Assembly (NCBI GenBank): GCA_002771135.1
Contig: PCXO01000005.1
Location: 38,061-102,060 of the forward strand
Source of the DNA: Candidatus Yanofskybacteria bacterium CG10_big_fil_rev_8_21_14_0_10_46_23
Lineage (GTDB): Bacteria > Patescibacteriota > Minisyncoccia > 2-02-FULL-40-12 > IGHO2-12-FULL-4
Reading direction: 5' to 3'
DNA: 64,000 bases
Shown: positions 37,509 to 47,058 of the stretch, piece after piece
Numbering within the stretch: position 1 is the first letter of the stretch
Layout: each line of letters opens with the position of its first letter
Notes under the pieces: model-generated
The model's input: the letters and a program-made list of their open reading frames with translations, nothing else
Database searches by the model: none
Told to the model about the DNA's origin: nothing
Position numbers and translations under genes: made by a program

Positions 37509-38800
37509 AGCATAAAATTAAAATAATTATTTTAGCCTTACTCTTACCCGTCGCTTTGGTCGCTTTTGGGAGCACCACGAATCGAGAAGTCTTCGTCACC
37601 AATGTCAACGATTCGATAGCCTCTCAAGCCGGCGGATTTTTTGGAACCAGCGCCTCGATAACGGAAAATCTTTCCGAGCAGATAAAAACGGCCGTTGATC
37701 TTCTCAAGAATTCCGAACCGTTAGATATTGTCTACGCGAACACCTCCCAAATAAGAGCCAGTCAAATTCAAGAAGAGCCTCTTCGGCAACAAATCGCGCT
37801 GGCCATTTTAGAGGTCCCGACCGGCAAAATTTTTGAAGAACGTTACTGGCTTGATCGAGCCGAGATAATCGAGGCGAACGAGCTGAGAAAAAAATATCAA
37901 AATGACCCCAATCTCCCCGAATTTTTGCCGGCCAATCCGGACAACCGCTTAACTGTTACCAATAACTGGTGGAACAGTTTTAACTCGGATTTAAAGATTT
38001 CCAATCCGGACAAACCCAATCGAAACTACATTGTCTTGGCCAATAAATATATCTGGGAAAATGAAAATATTGTTTTTGAGTCCGATATCACACACGCCGG
38101 TCGTTTTTCTGACATTATCTACGTCCCATATTCAGCAAGTATTCACACCCCGGAGATAGTCGCCCTCGGGCGGGAAGCTCTTGATACCCACGTCAAAAAA
38201 GCTTTTCAATATTTAAGCGAGCGTCAAGTTCAATCACTCGCTTTTCCGGGAAAGCCGGTCGCCGAAACGCTCACGCCCGAATTTATAAAAACTATAATTA
38301 CGATTGAACATACCGACCCATTGTTGTTTTTCTCGGCTTCGGAAACGGGCCGAAGCCAACTGGCCCAACGCGTTTTAATTCGATTGGGCACAAATGGGCC
38401 CGACGCCTTCCGCTTCACGGTCTCAAAAACCGGCGCCGCCGGAATTGCCCAGATTCAACCCACGACTTATGACGCTATCGTCCAGACTTACCCCCAAGCC
38501 GAATTGGAGGAAGACACGGATAGCGGTCGAGCCAATCTCCTCAATAGCATCATCGCCTCTATTTTGGTTTTTGATGACCACCTCGCGACTGTTTTCCGGG
38601 GTATGGACGCGACCGAACGGCAACTCTTTGATCAGAAAGTGGTTGAAAATACCGAGTTTATCGAACTGGTTCGAGCGGCGATCTATAACGGCGGACCCAG
38701 TAAAATTGATCGCCCCACGGCGACGATAAAAACTTCGAATAACGAAACCTTCGGCTTCATCCAAAAATATCAGGCCATCAAAGCCTTGGATCTACTCTAA
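37505..38800 (+). CDS. secreted protein with a lytic transglycosylase (SLT family 1-like) domain
   Basis: Signal peptide; FFSASETGRSQLAQRVLIRLGTNGPDAFRFTVSKTGAAGIAQIQPTTY matches the ES...GAxGLMQ..P.T pattern. Confidence 0.5.
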   Translation: MKHKIKIIILALLLPVALVAFGSTTNREVFVTNVNDSIASQAGGFFGTSASITENLSEQIKTAVDLLKNSEPLDIVYANTSQIRASQIQEEPLRQQIALAILEVPTGKIFEERYWLDRAEIIEANELRKKYQNDPNLPEFLPANPDNRLTVTNNWWNSFNSDLKISNPDKPNRNYIVLANKYIWENENIVFESDITHAGRFSDIIYVPYSASIHTPEIVALGREALDTHVKKAFQYLSERQVQSLAFPGKPVAETLTPEFIKTIITIEHTDPLLFFSASETGRSQLAQRVLIRLGTNGPDAFRFTVSKTGAAGIAQIQPTTYDAIVQTYPQAELEEDTDSGRANLLNSIIASILVFDDHLATVFRGMDATERQLFDQKVVENTEFIELVRAAIYNGGPSKIDRPTATIKTSNNETFGFIQKYQAIKALDLL

Positions 38801-38857
38801 GATCAAGCCCCCCATCTTTTCTAAAAGCAAAAAAGCTGGTATTCAAGAAGTAAATTT

Positions 38858-39799
38858 ATGAAGAAAAAAGAAAAAATTGACTTGCCGGAGAGTATTGCCA
38901 ATATAAATAATGATCAACCTATTTACTTTGAAAAAAATAGCTCCTCCCTAAAAGTTTTTGAAGTTGTAAATAATATTCTCGGACCATATGGCTACGAAGA
39001 AGTTTCCGCTGGTCAATTCAAACGTATTGCCGGTAGTTCGGCAAATTCATCTAACAAGATAGAAAATTTTGCGATCGGGAGGGGCTCAATTGCTCATGGA
39101 TTCACCCACCTACCAAATATTATTGAGTATTGCCAATCAATTATTGATAATTCTATTTTGGTTCCCTTAGAAGAAGTTATCAAGGAATTCAATTGGGCAA
39201 AAAAAGCAATCAATGAAAATTTTATAACACTCCATTCGAATGGAAAAATGAGATATGACATAGAGGCAATTATGGATATAACAAAAGGAATGTTAAACGA
39301 AGTCGCGTTTAAAATGGACTGCGAATCCTATGGGATCGATATAGAGCTAAATAGAGATTTTTATAAAGGAACTTCCAATACTGATGAGGGGCAGGATGTA
39401 AAAAGAGTAAGGTTTAACAAAAATAAGTTTGCTGAACCTAAAGTTAAAGTCCAAATAAAAGATGTCCAGTACTTTTTGTTGATTCCGAAAAATGAGTTTG
39501 GAGGAGATAGGCAGGCCGGTCTTTTTGTTGGGTATAGGGTTCATTGGAAAAAAGCGAATACAGGGCAAAGATTTTTTAGAAGTTTAGGCGGTCGTGGCGA
39601 AGAAATATTTTCAGATTTTCCTGTTTTGGGCGGTATCAGGGTAGAAAGAAGAGGTTGGGCGCTAAGAAGCGATTTTCAAAGCTTACCAGCTGGCACAGCA
39701 TCAAAAGGCATGAAATTTAATAACGACAATATGTTTGTTTATTGGGATAATTTAAGAAATATGGAAGAATTATTCCCAAAACTTTCAGATCTAATCTAA
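38858..39799 (+). CDS. hypothetical protein; candidate Type II restriction endonuclease partner of the convergent methyltransferase
   Basis: Very AT-rich; 3' end overlaps the 3' end of the C5-MTase gene by 9 nt in convergent orientation (classic R-M layout); no recognisable motif. Confidence 0.3.
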   Translation: MKKKEKIDLPESIANINNDQPIYFEKNSSSLKVFEVVNNILGPYGYEEVSAGQFKRIAGSSANSSNKIENFAIGRGSIAHGFTHLPNIIEYCQSIIDNSILVPLEEVIKEFNWAKKAINENFITLHSNGKMRYDIEAIMDITKGMLNEVAFKMDCESYGIDIELNRDFYKGTSNTDEGQDVKRVRFNKNKFAEPKVKVQIKDVQYFLLIPKNEFGGDRQAGLFVGYRVHWKKANTGQRFFRSLGGRGEEIFSDFPVLGGIRVERRGWALRSDFQSLPAGTASKGMKFNNDNMFVYWDNLRNMEELFPKLSDLI

Positions 39800-41350
39800 G
39801 CGCATTGCTTTTATTATTTGTCTTGCGACAGCCTTAACTACCGGGACTGTAACGGAATTGCCGATTTGTTTGTAGAGTGCCGAATCTGCAATTGCGGGTA
39901 ATTTATAATTGCTAGGGAAACCTTGAACACGTGCACACTCAAGTGGCGTTAGTTTTCTAATACCTTTTTCGTCTTTAATAATTGGCACATTGTGTCCGCC
40001 AGTCCCCATGTTGGCCGTAAGGGTGGGACAGACGCCTTTTTTATTTTCTCGAACATACTGTCGGCGCCATTGATAAACTCGCCCCTTGTCTTTTACAAAT
40101 TCTGCTAATTTCGGGAAAAGGGGCTTGTTGTTGTAGTAATATTTACTCCCAACATTTTTCTCAAGAATATCAGACATCGAAGTGGTGAGTGGCACGGGAT
40201 CGGGAAACTCAAAACAATCAGCATGTTTTTTGTTTTTAAATCCGACAATATATATCCTCTCTCTATTTTGGGGCACGTTGCCATACTCCATGCTATTGAG
40301 TACTTTTGCTTTTACATAGTAGCCGAGATTCACAAGTGTTTCCTTAATAATTTTAAAAGTCCTGCCATCGTCGTGACTTTTTAGATTCTTTACATTTTCT
40401 AGTAGAAATCCCCTCGGCTTTCTTGCCTCAATAATTCTGGCAATGTCAAAGAATAGGTTGCCACGATCTTTTTTGTCCCCAAAGCCTTCTCGGTAGCCAG
40501 CGATAGAAAAAGCCTGACAGGGGAAGCCACCCAGAAGAAAATCGAATTCTGGCAAATCATCAATGCCAATTTTTCGCACATCTTCCACAATAAGTTTTGA
40601 AGTTGGAAAATTGAGATCGTAAGTATATTTGCATTTAGGTTCAAAGTCATTTGCAAATACCGTATCAAACCCGGCGCTCTCAAAGCCGAGTCGGAGTCCG
40701 CCAATACCAGCAAACAAGTCTATTGTTTTGAATCCATTTTTTTCAATAACCGGGATTGTTTTAGGTTGTTTGTGGATTATTTTAATCAGTATCCCTCGAA
40801 TTTCTACTTCGCTCCGATAAATAGGTAAGTGGCTTTGGTTTGACGGTTGCAATCTAACGCGATCTTTTTCACGATATATTTTTTTTAGTGTAGCCTCATT
40901 GTTATCGATGATCGCTACCACAGTCTGTCCATTTTCTGCGACGGCTTGTTTTTTGATTACCACCGTGTCGCCATCGAAGATACCCTCGTCAACCATACTA
41001 TCTCCTGCAACTCGCAAAGCGTAATAGTAGGAATCTTTGTTGAGAAGACTGTTACTAACCGCCACGGTCGCATCAAAATTTTCAATTGCTTCGATAGGCT
41101 GGCCGGCAGCAATTATACCAACAATTGGAATTTCTGTTGTTTGCCGAATATTTAATCCTCTCGTAGAGTAATCATCCCTTGCGAGTAGTTTTTTTTCAAT
41201 TAAACCACCGATATGTTCATGGACAGTTGCCGGAGATTTAAGCCCAAACTTCTTTTGAATTTCATTGATTGTAGGGGATATGCCATTTTCTCGGATATAC
41301 CCTTCGATAAATGTATAAAGTTCTTGTTGTCGTTTTGTGAGAGTAGCCAT
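39791..41350 (-). CDS. LexA (S24 autoprotease repressor) - DNA cytosine-5 methyltransferase fusion protein
   Basis: N-terminus is a full LexA: wHTH (MATLTKRQQELYTFIEGYIRENGISPTINEIQKKF), Ala-Gly cleavage site (IIAAGQP), Ser (AGDSM) and Lys (ATLKK). C-terminus is a C5-MTase: motif I DLFAGIGGLRLGF, motif IV GGFPCQAFSIAG, motif VI ENV, motif X QIGNSV. Continuous ORF with no internal start. Confidence 0.8.
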   Translation of the reverse strand: MATLTKRQQELYTFIEGYIRENGISPTINEIQKKFGLKSPATVHEHIGGLIEKKLLARDDYSTRGLNIRQTTEIPIVGIIAAGQPIEAIENFDATVAVSNSLLNKDSYYYALRVAGDSMVDEGIFDGDTVVIKKQAVAENGQTVVAIIDNNEATLKKIYREKDRVRLQPSNQSHLPIYRSEVEIRGILIKIIHKQPKTIPVIEKNGFKTIDLFAGIGGLRLGFESAGFDTVFANDFEPKCKYTYDLNFPTSKLIVEDVRKIGIDDLPEFDFLLGGFPCQAFSIAGYREGFGDKKDRGNLFFDIARIIEARKPRGFLLENVKNLKSHDDGRTFKIIKETLVNLGYYVKAKVLNSMEYGNVPQNRERIYIVGFKNKKHADCFEFPDPVPLTTSMSDILEKNVGSKYYYNNKPLFPKLAEFVKDKGRVYQWRRQYVRENKKGVCPTLTANMGTGGHNVPIIKDEKGIRKLTPLECARVQGFPSNYKLPAIADSALYKQIGNSVTVPVVKAVARQIIKAMRLD

Positions 41351-41671
41351 ATATAAATATTTTATCCCGAAAACTACCCGAAAACTACAGCGAGTTGTCC
41401 ACACTCTATTCGACATCTTGTCTTTATTTAGTTAAAAAACAGGAGTAGTGTGGGCATAGAATACCTCGACATTCGATCTTAAAACTAGTAATAAAACTAA
41501 CGAGAGCGCTAGAGATTTTGCGGATTTGAGTACCGCTGATCAAAAGAAATTTCTGATTGAGTATTTGGATAAAAATCAGCTTTATGCAAATTTAAGCAAG
41601 ATTGAGGGTAGGGGATATCTGGTGAGCAAAGAGGGTATTAAATTAAACAAAGAATTCTATGAAGATTAATT

Positions 41672-42556
41672 ATGTGGGATAAAGTCGCAACTTTTTTAAG
41701 TTTTTCTGGTATTGAGGATAAAACGGTATGGCAAGATGTTATCCTTAGTTCTTTTTTGATACCACTAGTAATTTTTTTAGGGGTAAAACTTTCGAAATGG
41801 TGTAATAGTATTAGACCGTCAAGGTTAATTTTTAAAGATTATTTATCTAAAAATTCTTTTATTTATATATTTCATTCTCAGATGTCTGGCGCAGATGACG
41901 ATTGGAACTTTAATAAAAACCAAAAGTATATTGCGAGATATCCCGACCCAACTCCTACAGATTATGCTCATCTTGGGATCCAGAAAAAGCTAAATATTGA
42001 TCCGGTATCATCAGGGGCTGATAGTGAATGTGTTGCGGACATTTTTAATATTTTGGGGTTAATTCAAAAAACAAAAAATATTATTATTGGAGATCTGATA
42101 AATGATTGGAGCATTTGGTCAAAACCAATATTTTCAGTAGGTTTTAATCCAAAAACTAATAAACTTATCGAAAAATGCGACCCGATTTTTTTTGAATTAA
42201 GCGGAACTTCCTTAAAAGTAAAGAATACGAATATTAGTTATGGGTCTAATTTACCAGATGACGCCGGAGTAATACAAAAAACGATTGATAAAGATTCGGG
42301 GAACCCAGTTTTTATATTAGCGGGTATAGGTACTCTCGGAACAAGCGAGGCTGGCTTTATCTTGAAGAACAATTTTATTAAACTTGGGAAGCTTTTTGGG
42401 AATGATCCATTTTGCGTATTTTTAACAGTAAAAACTAATGAAGGCAAAAATTCAGCTTTAATAAGAAAAATTGTTCCCAGTCCCAAATGGTATCGAATTT
42501 TTATGTTTCCAATATTATATTTCAACTTTAAAAATAAAGATTTTTTTAAATACTGA
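41672..42556 (+). CDS. hypothetical protein with an N-terminal TM (AT-rich, island-associated)
   Basis: 294-aa ORF; no motif recognised. Confidence 0.4.
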   Translation: MWDKVATFLSFSGIEDKTVWQDVILSSFLIPLVIFLGVKLSKWCNSIRPSRLIFKDYLSKNSFIYIFHSQMSGADDDWNFNKNQKYIARYPDPTPTDYAHLGIQKKLNIDPVSSGADSECVADIFNILGLIQKTKNIIIGDLINDWSIWSKPIFSVGFNPKTNKLIEKCDPIFFELSGTSLKVKNTNISYGSNLPDDAGVIQKTIDKDSGNPVFILAGIGTLGTSEAGFILKNNFIKLGKLFGNDPFCVFLTVKTNEGKNSALIRKIVPSPKWYRIFMFPILYFNFKNKDFFKY

Positions 42557-42558
42557 TT

Positions 42559-42897
42559 ATGCTATACGACGAATTCAATTCATACAAAAACTTTGTCGGC
42601 GCTGATGTTTTCAAAAACAAGGCCACAGAAAAAACGGATATTTTGAAAAATCTTAATCCGGCTTTTCCGGTGCGCGAATATCAGAAAGAAGCGCTGGGAC
42701 GATTTTATTATTATGTTGAAGAATACCACCAGAAACAAAAGCCGATTCATTTGATGTTTAATATGGCGACCGGTTCGGGCAAGACGCTCATAATGGTCGC
42801 CAATCTTTTGTATTTTTATCAAAAGGGATACCGTAATTTCATTTTTTTACTCGCCTTGGCAACATTATCCAAAATAGAGGGGGGCGGGCAAATTTAG
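42559..42897 (+). pseudogene. truncated N-terminal fragment of an SF2 helicase / Type III (or Type I) restriction res-subunit-like protein
   Basis: REYQKEALGRF...PIHLMFNMATGSGKTLIMVANLLYF (helicase motif I and Q-like region), but the ORF ends after 112 aa. Confidence 0.5.
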
Positions 42898-42918
42898 AAC
42901 ATCGAGTAAAATAAACAT

Positions 42919-43203
42919 ATGCTCAAAGAATACATAAAATACTTAAAAGACAATCCGCGGGGGTATTGGTTCAAAGCTCGGCTCTACGGTTGGGGCTGGG
43001 TTCCTGCCCGATGGCAGGGCTGGCTTGTGGTGGCTATTGGCCTAGCCATTTTCATTCTCGGGATTTACGTCGGGGAGGCTGATGACGCGCCCGGGGCGGC
43101 CCTCTTGGGCTTTCTGCTGATGCTTGCCCTGATATCCACCTTCGGTTATTGGAAGGGCGAAAAGCCTCGTTGGCAATGGGGACCGCCAAAGGAAAGAAAA
43201 TAG
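42919..43203 (+). CDS. small membrane protein (hypothetical), GC-rich
   Basis: 94 aa, 2 TM, Trp-rich. Confidence 0.35.
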   Translation: MLKEYIKYLKDNPRGYWFKARLYGWGWVPARWQGWLVVAIGLAIFILGIYVGEADDAPGAALLGFLLMLALISTFGYWKGEKPRWQWGPPKERK

Positions 43204-43225
43204 TTTATACTGTAAAACATAATAT

Positions 43226-44284
43226 ATGCGGACAAAAAACATTCTTGTTATCGTAATCAGTAGCACCATTATCGTCGTGGCATTATTGTTTGGTTTTCGG
43301 TCCTTGGCCCCTAATGGTGATCAACCCAGCCCGGTGAACTTTACCCAAGAGGGAAACGTGGTAAGAGATAACCCGGGGTTTAAACCCGGAGTCTGGTACT
43401 TGGTCTACGAACAGTCGGGATCATCGGCCCTAACCAAGGAATTAGACTTGGCTGATATTGCCCCTCTCCCTTTACAAAACGGGGAGCAGGTGCACGTAGA
43501 AGGGCGTGAGCGCGCCGGCGTGGTAAAGGTAACAAGTCTGCAAATTCTTAACGGATATTATGACGACCTGATTTGGGTTGAGGCGCCCTTGCCGGATCAA
43601 ATCGTGGCCAGCCCACTTCTTATCACGGGGCAGGCGCGCGGGAACTGGTATTTTGAGGCCTCCTTTCCGGTAACATTACTGGACGCGAATGGTAAAGTCT
43701 TGGTCCAAAAGCCCGCTCAAGCACAGGGTGACTGGATGACGGCTGAATATGTGCCATTTTCGATCACACTTGATTTTATTAACCCGGCCACCGATACCGG
43801 CACGCTGATATTACATAATGATAATCCATCGGGATTGCCTGAAAACGATAAAGAATTGCGCCTCCCGGTTCGCTTTACCGTTGCAAGTCAAACGGTCAGC
43901 CTTTATTACTATAACGCCGAAAACGACAAGGACGCTTCGGGCAATATATTGTGTTCAAGCCAAGGGTTGGTACCGGCGCAAAGGCAGATTCCCGTTTCGC
44001 AAACCCCGATACAAGATACGATAAATCTATTATTACAGGGGCAATTAACCGCTACGGAAAGATCCGCGGGGGTTACCACGGAATATCCTCTGTCTGGATT
44101 TACATTACAGGGAGCAAATCTCCGAAACGGAGATTTGACTTTGGATTTTTCTGATCCCGAGAATAAAACCGGCGGGGGATCGTGCCGGGTAGGAATTTTA
44201 TGGAAACAGATTGAAGCCACCGCCCAGCAATTCCCGGGAGTCAATCAAGTTAAGTTTATTCCGGAATTCCTTTTCCAACCCTAA
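43226..44284 (+). CDS. GerMN / Gmad2 (Ig-like) domain-containing secreted protein
   Basis: N-terminal TM; C-terminal LYYYN...ILCSS...LQGQLTATERSAG...GFTLQGANLRNGDLTLDFSD pattern of the GerM N-domain. Confidence 0.55.
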   Translation: MRTKNILVIVISSTIIVVALLFGFRSLAPNGDQPSPVNFTQEGNVVRDNPGFKPGVWYLVYEQSGSSALTKELDLADIAPLPLQNGEQVHVEGRERAGVVKVTSLQILNGYYDDLIWVEAPLPDQIVASPLLITGQARGNWYFEASFPVTLLDANGKVLVQKPAQAQGDWMTAEYVPFSITLDFINPATDTGTLILHNDNPSGLPENDKELRLPVRFTVASQTVSLYYYNAENDKDASGNILCSSQGLVPAQRQIPVSQTPIQDTINLLLQGQLTATERSAGVTTEYPLSGFTLQGANLRNGDLTLDFSDPENKTGGGSCRVGILWKQIEATAQQFPGVNQVKFIPEFLFQP

Positions 44285-44303
44285 ATTTACGCTAAGCAAG
44301 CTC

Positions 44304-45362
44304 ATGGTAAGTGAACCCAAACAACCATCTTTAGGAAAGGTCTTCGTCGCGCTGTCGGGTGGAGTTGACTCGGCCGTCAGCGCCGGACTTTTAAAGCAGG
44401 CTGGCTACGAGGTCACCGGGATTTATTTTAAGCCTTGGCAACCCGAGCACAATCTCGCCCATTGTCGCTGGCAAGAAGATCGTCGTGACGCCCTGCGTGT
44501 CGCCGTTAAGTTGGGGATTCGATTTGAAACTTGGGATTTCTCCGCGGATTACCATGACCGCGTGGTTAACTATATGATCTCGGCCTATAAAAAGGGGCAG
44601 ACGCCCAACCCGGACATAATCTGCAATGATGAGATAAAATTTGGTTTGTTTCTGGAAAAATCTCGCCAAGCCGGAGCTGATTTTATCGCGACCGGCCATT
44701 ACGCCCAGATAAAAAAATCCCCTTCGGGTAAATTCCAACTTCTCATGGGCGCCGATCCCGAGAAAGACCAGTCTTATTTTCTATACAAATTAACCCAAGC
44801 CGAGTTGGCAATGACTCTTTTCCCCGTCGGTCACTTGAAAAAAACGGCCGTCCGGAAACTGGCGGAGAAGCTGAAGCTTCCCGTGGCAACCAAAAAGGAC
44901 AGCCAAGGCGTTTGTTTTGTCGGTGATTTGAGCATGCGCGAATTTTTAAAAGAATATATCCAACCCCGGCCCGGCGATATTAAGAATACTCAAGGCGAAG
45001 TCATTGGTCGGCACGAGGGGATTGCTTTTTACACAATTGGCCAGAGACACGGCTTTACCACCAAAAATAACCGCCCCTATTATGTTGTCGGAAAGAAGGC
45101 TACCGAAAATGTTTTGATCGTCGGGTTGAGTCCCGTTATTCAAAAGGAGATAAAAATTCGGGATTTAACTCTGATTGATCCGGAGGAAAAAATTTCCGAG
45201 CTTGTTAAAACCCGCTCCCGCTATCGCCAAAAGCTAGTCGCGAGCCGGCTAAAAAACGATCAGGTTATCTTTTTGGAGAACCAAGAATCCCCCTCGCCGG
45301 GGCAATCAATTGTTTTCTATCAAGAGAATCGAGTTTTGGGCGGAGCCATTATTAACGACTGA
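44304..45362 (+). CDS. mnmA: tRNA-specific 2-thiouridylase MnmA
   Basis: PP-loop VFVALSGGVDSAVSAGLLKQAGYEVTGIYFKPW; catalytic Cys region; about 350 aa. Confidence 0.85.
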   Translation: MVSEPKQPSLGKVFVALSGGVDSAVSAGLLKQAGYEVTGIYFKPWQPEHNLAHCRWQEDRRDALRVAVKLGIRFETWDFSADYHDRVVNYMISAYKKGQTPNPDIICNDEIKFGLFLEKSRQAGADFIATGHYAQIKKSPSGKFQLLMGADPEKDQSYFLYKLTQAELAMTLFPVGHLKKTAVRKLAEKLKLPVATKKDSQGVCFVGDLSMREFLKEYIQPRPGDIKNTQGEVIGRHEGIAFYTIGQRHGFTTKNNRPYYVVGKKATENVLIVGLSPVIQKEIKIRDLTLIDPEEKISELVKTRSRYRQKLVASRLKNDQVIFLENQESPSPGQSIVFYQENRVLGGAIIND

Positions 45363-46875
45363 GCAGAGGCAGGAGACTTTGACCGGTCATCGTTTTGGGC
45401 TTGGGAATCCCCAAAAGTTCCAAGATTGTCGGCGCAATGTCCGATAAAATCCCGCTTATTTGTTCGGGCTGACCTTTTTTGTACTTTAGAGTTTCCGTGG
45501 CCAGAATGAAGGGGACGGGATTGTCACTGTGGCGGGTTTCCCGTTCACCCGAATTGTAGGTCATGACCTCAACGTTGCCGTGGTCGGCGGTGATAATCAG
45601 CGTCCCCTGCGTTTCCAAAATAATTTGGTGGAGTTGCTGAATTGATTTGTCGACAAATTCCACCCCGGCCACAGTCGCCTTAAAATTACCCGTGTGGGCC
45701 AAAAGATCGGCATTGGCATAATTAGCCACAAAAAAATCAAAGTGGTTTCGGCCGATCTCTCGGACAAGATGCTGGGTAATCTCGGAAGCCCCCATTTCCG
45801 GCCGGGCCTCGATATCGCTTGTCGAGTTAATGAAAATATCGGTCTCGCCATCAAGGGGCTGATCCTTCAGGCCGTTGAAAAAATAGGTAACGTGGGCGTA
45901 TTTTTCACTTTCGGCGATGTGATATTGATTTTTGTTACTATCGGCCAAAATCTGGGCTAGCGTATCCGGAACATCCGGGGGTAAAAACAGAGGATCGATC
46001 TGATTGTTTTCAAAATACCGCGTCATCGTGACAATCATTAGCCCGGCCGGCAACCGTCGCGAGAAAAAGTTGAAATCCGGGTCAATAAAAGCGTGAGCAA
46101 TTTGACGCATGCTATCCTCTCGAAAGTTGAAAAATAATAAGCCATCGCCGGACTTAACCTGACCATCGGCGACTAGACTATTGGTCAGAGGCGGGATGTC
46201 CGCGTCAGTGACCCCTTGGGCGTGAAACTCGGCTATTGTTTTTTGAAAGTCGTCCGTCTTCTGGCCGATGCCCAGCGTCATCAACTCAAGGGCTATTTTT
46301 GTTTTATGCCAGTCCCGGTTCCGATCCATCGCGGTATTGCGACCAACGATCGAACTGATTTTAACCTGTGGCCGGTCCTTTAACTGAAGGGTCAACTTTT
46401 CCAAAAGAAGTCGGGATTCTTTCAAGCCGGAATCCTTGCCATCGGTAAAAAGGTGGAGAAAAACTTCATTATCCAAAGAAAGAACGTCTATCAAATATAA
46501 AAGATGCCTGAATGAGGCGTGAACTTTTCCGGAGGTCAACAGTCCCGCCAAATGGATCCGCTTATTATGGAGTTTAATTTTTTTTATTTGGGGATAATTT
46601 TTGAGCTCCCCCGAATCAATGGCCAAGTCAATTTGGGTGTCATACGGGGGGATGATTCGACCCGAACCAATTGAGAAGTGGCCCACTTCCGAATTGCCCG
46701 CCTCCCCCCAATTTAGGCCGACGGCCGGACCGGAAGCCTGAAGAAGCGTTTGGGGATAGTGAGTCTTTAAAAAATTCAGATATTTCAAGTCAGCAACTTG
46801 AAGGGGATTGCCGTTGATTTGTTTGGAATGCCCCCAGCCATCAAGGATGACCAGAAGGAGAGGCCCTTTATTCAT
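45352..46875 (-). CDS. gpmI: 2,3-bisphosphoglycerate-independent phosphoglycerate mutase (iPGM)
   Basis: MNKGPLLLVILDGWGHSKQ... N-terminus plus phosphatase and transferase domains; 507 aa. Confidence 0.9.
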   Translation of the reverse strand: MNKGPLLLVILDGWGHSKQINGNPLQVADLKYLNFLKTHYPQTLLQASGPAVGLNWGEAGNSEVGHFSIGSGRIIPPYDTQIDLAIDSGELKNYPQIKKIKLHNKRIHLAGLLTSGKVHASFRHLLYLIDVLSLDNEVFLHLFTDGKDSGLKESRLLLEKLTLQLKDRPQVKISSIVGRNTAMDRNRDWHKTKIALELMTLGIGQKTDDFQKTIAEFHAQGVTDADIPPLTNSLVADGQVKSGDGLLFFNFREDSMRQIAHAFIDPDFNFFSRRLPAGLMIVTMTRYFENNQIDPLFLPPDVPDTLAQILADSNKNQYHIAESEKYAHVTYFFNGLKDQPLDGETDIFINSTSDIEARPEMGASEITQHLVREIGRNHFDFFVANYANADLLAHTGNFKATVAGVEFVDKSIQQLHQIILETQGTLIITADHGNVEVMTYNSGERETRHSDNPVPFILATETLKYKKGQPEQISGILSDIAPTILELLGIPKPKTMTGQSLLPLLSR

Positions 46876-47058
46876 ATCATTTTCATTATAAGGGATAGTC
46901 TGAAATGAACCTAATAGTCTACTTTGACACCCCCACCCGGACCTGTTAGGATTAAATCGTTAAATAAATTAAATCTTAAAGCATCCGTCATGTAGCTAAT
47001 CGGTTTGGATTACACATGCTGGAGAAAGTTCTTATACTGATGGTGCTTTACAAAAACT

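Noticed and set aside
41451-41669. Apparent small ORF in the intergenic region upstream of the 41672 gene.
   Set aside because: On recounting, an in-frame TAG at 41457 interrupts it. The longest start-to-stop segment is under 50 aa with no RBS.
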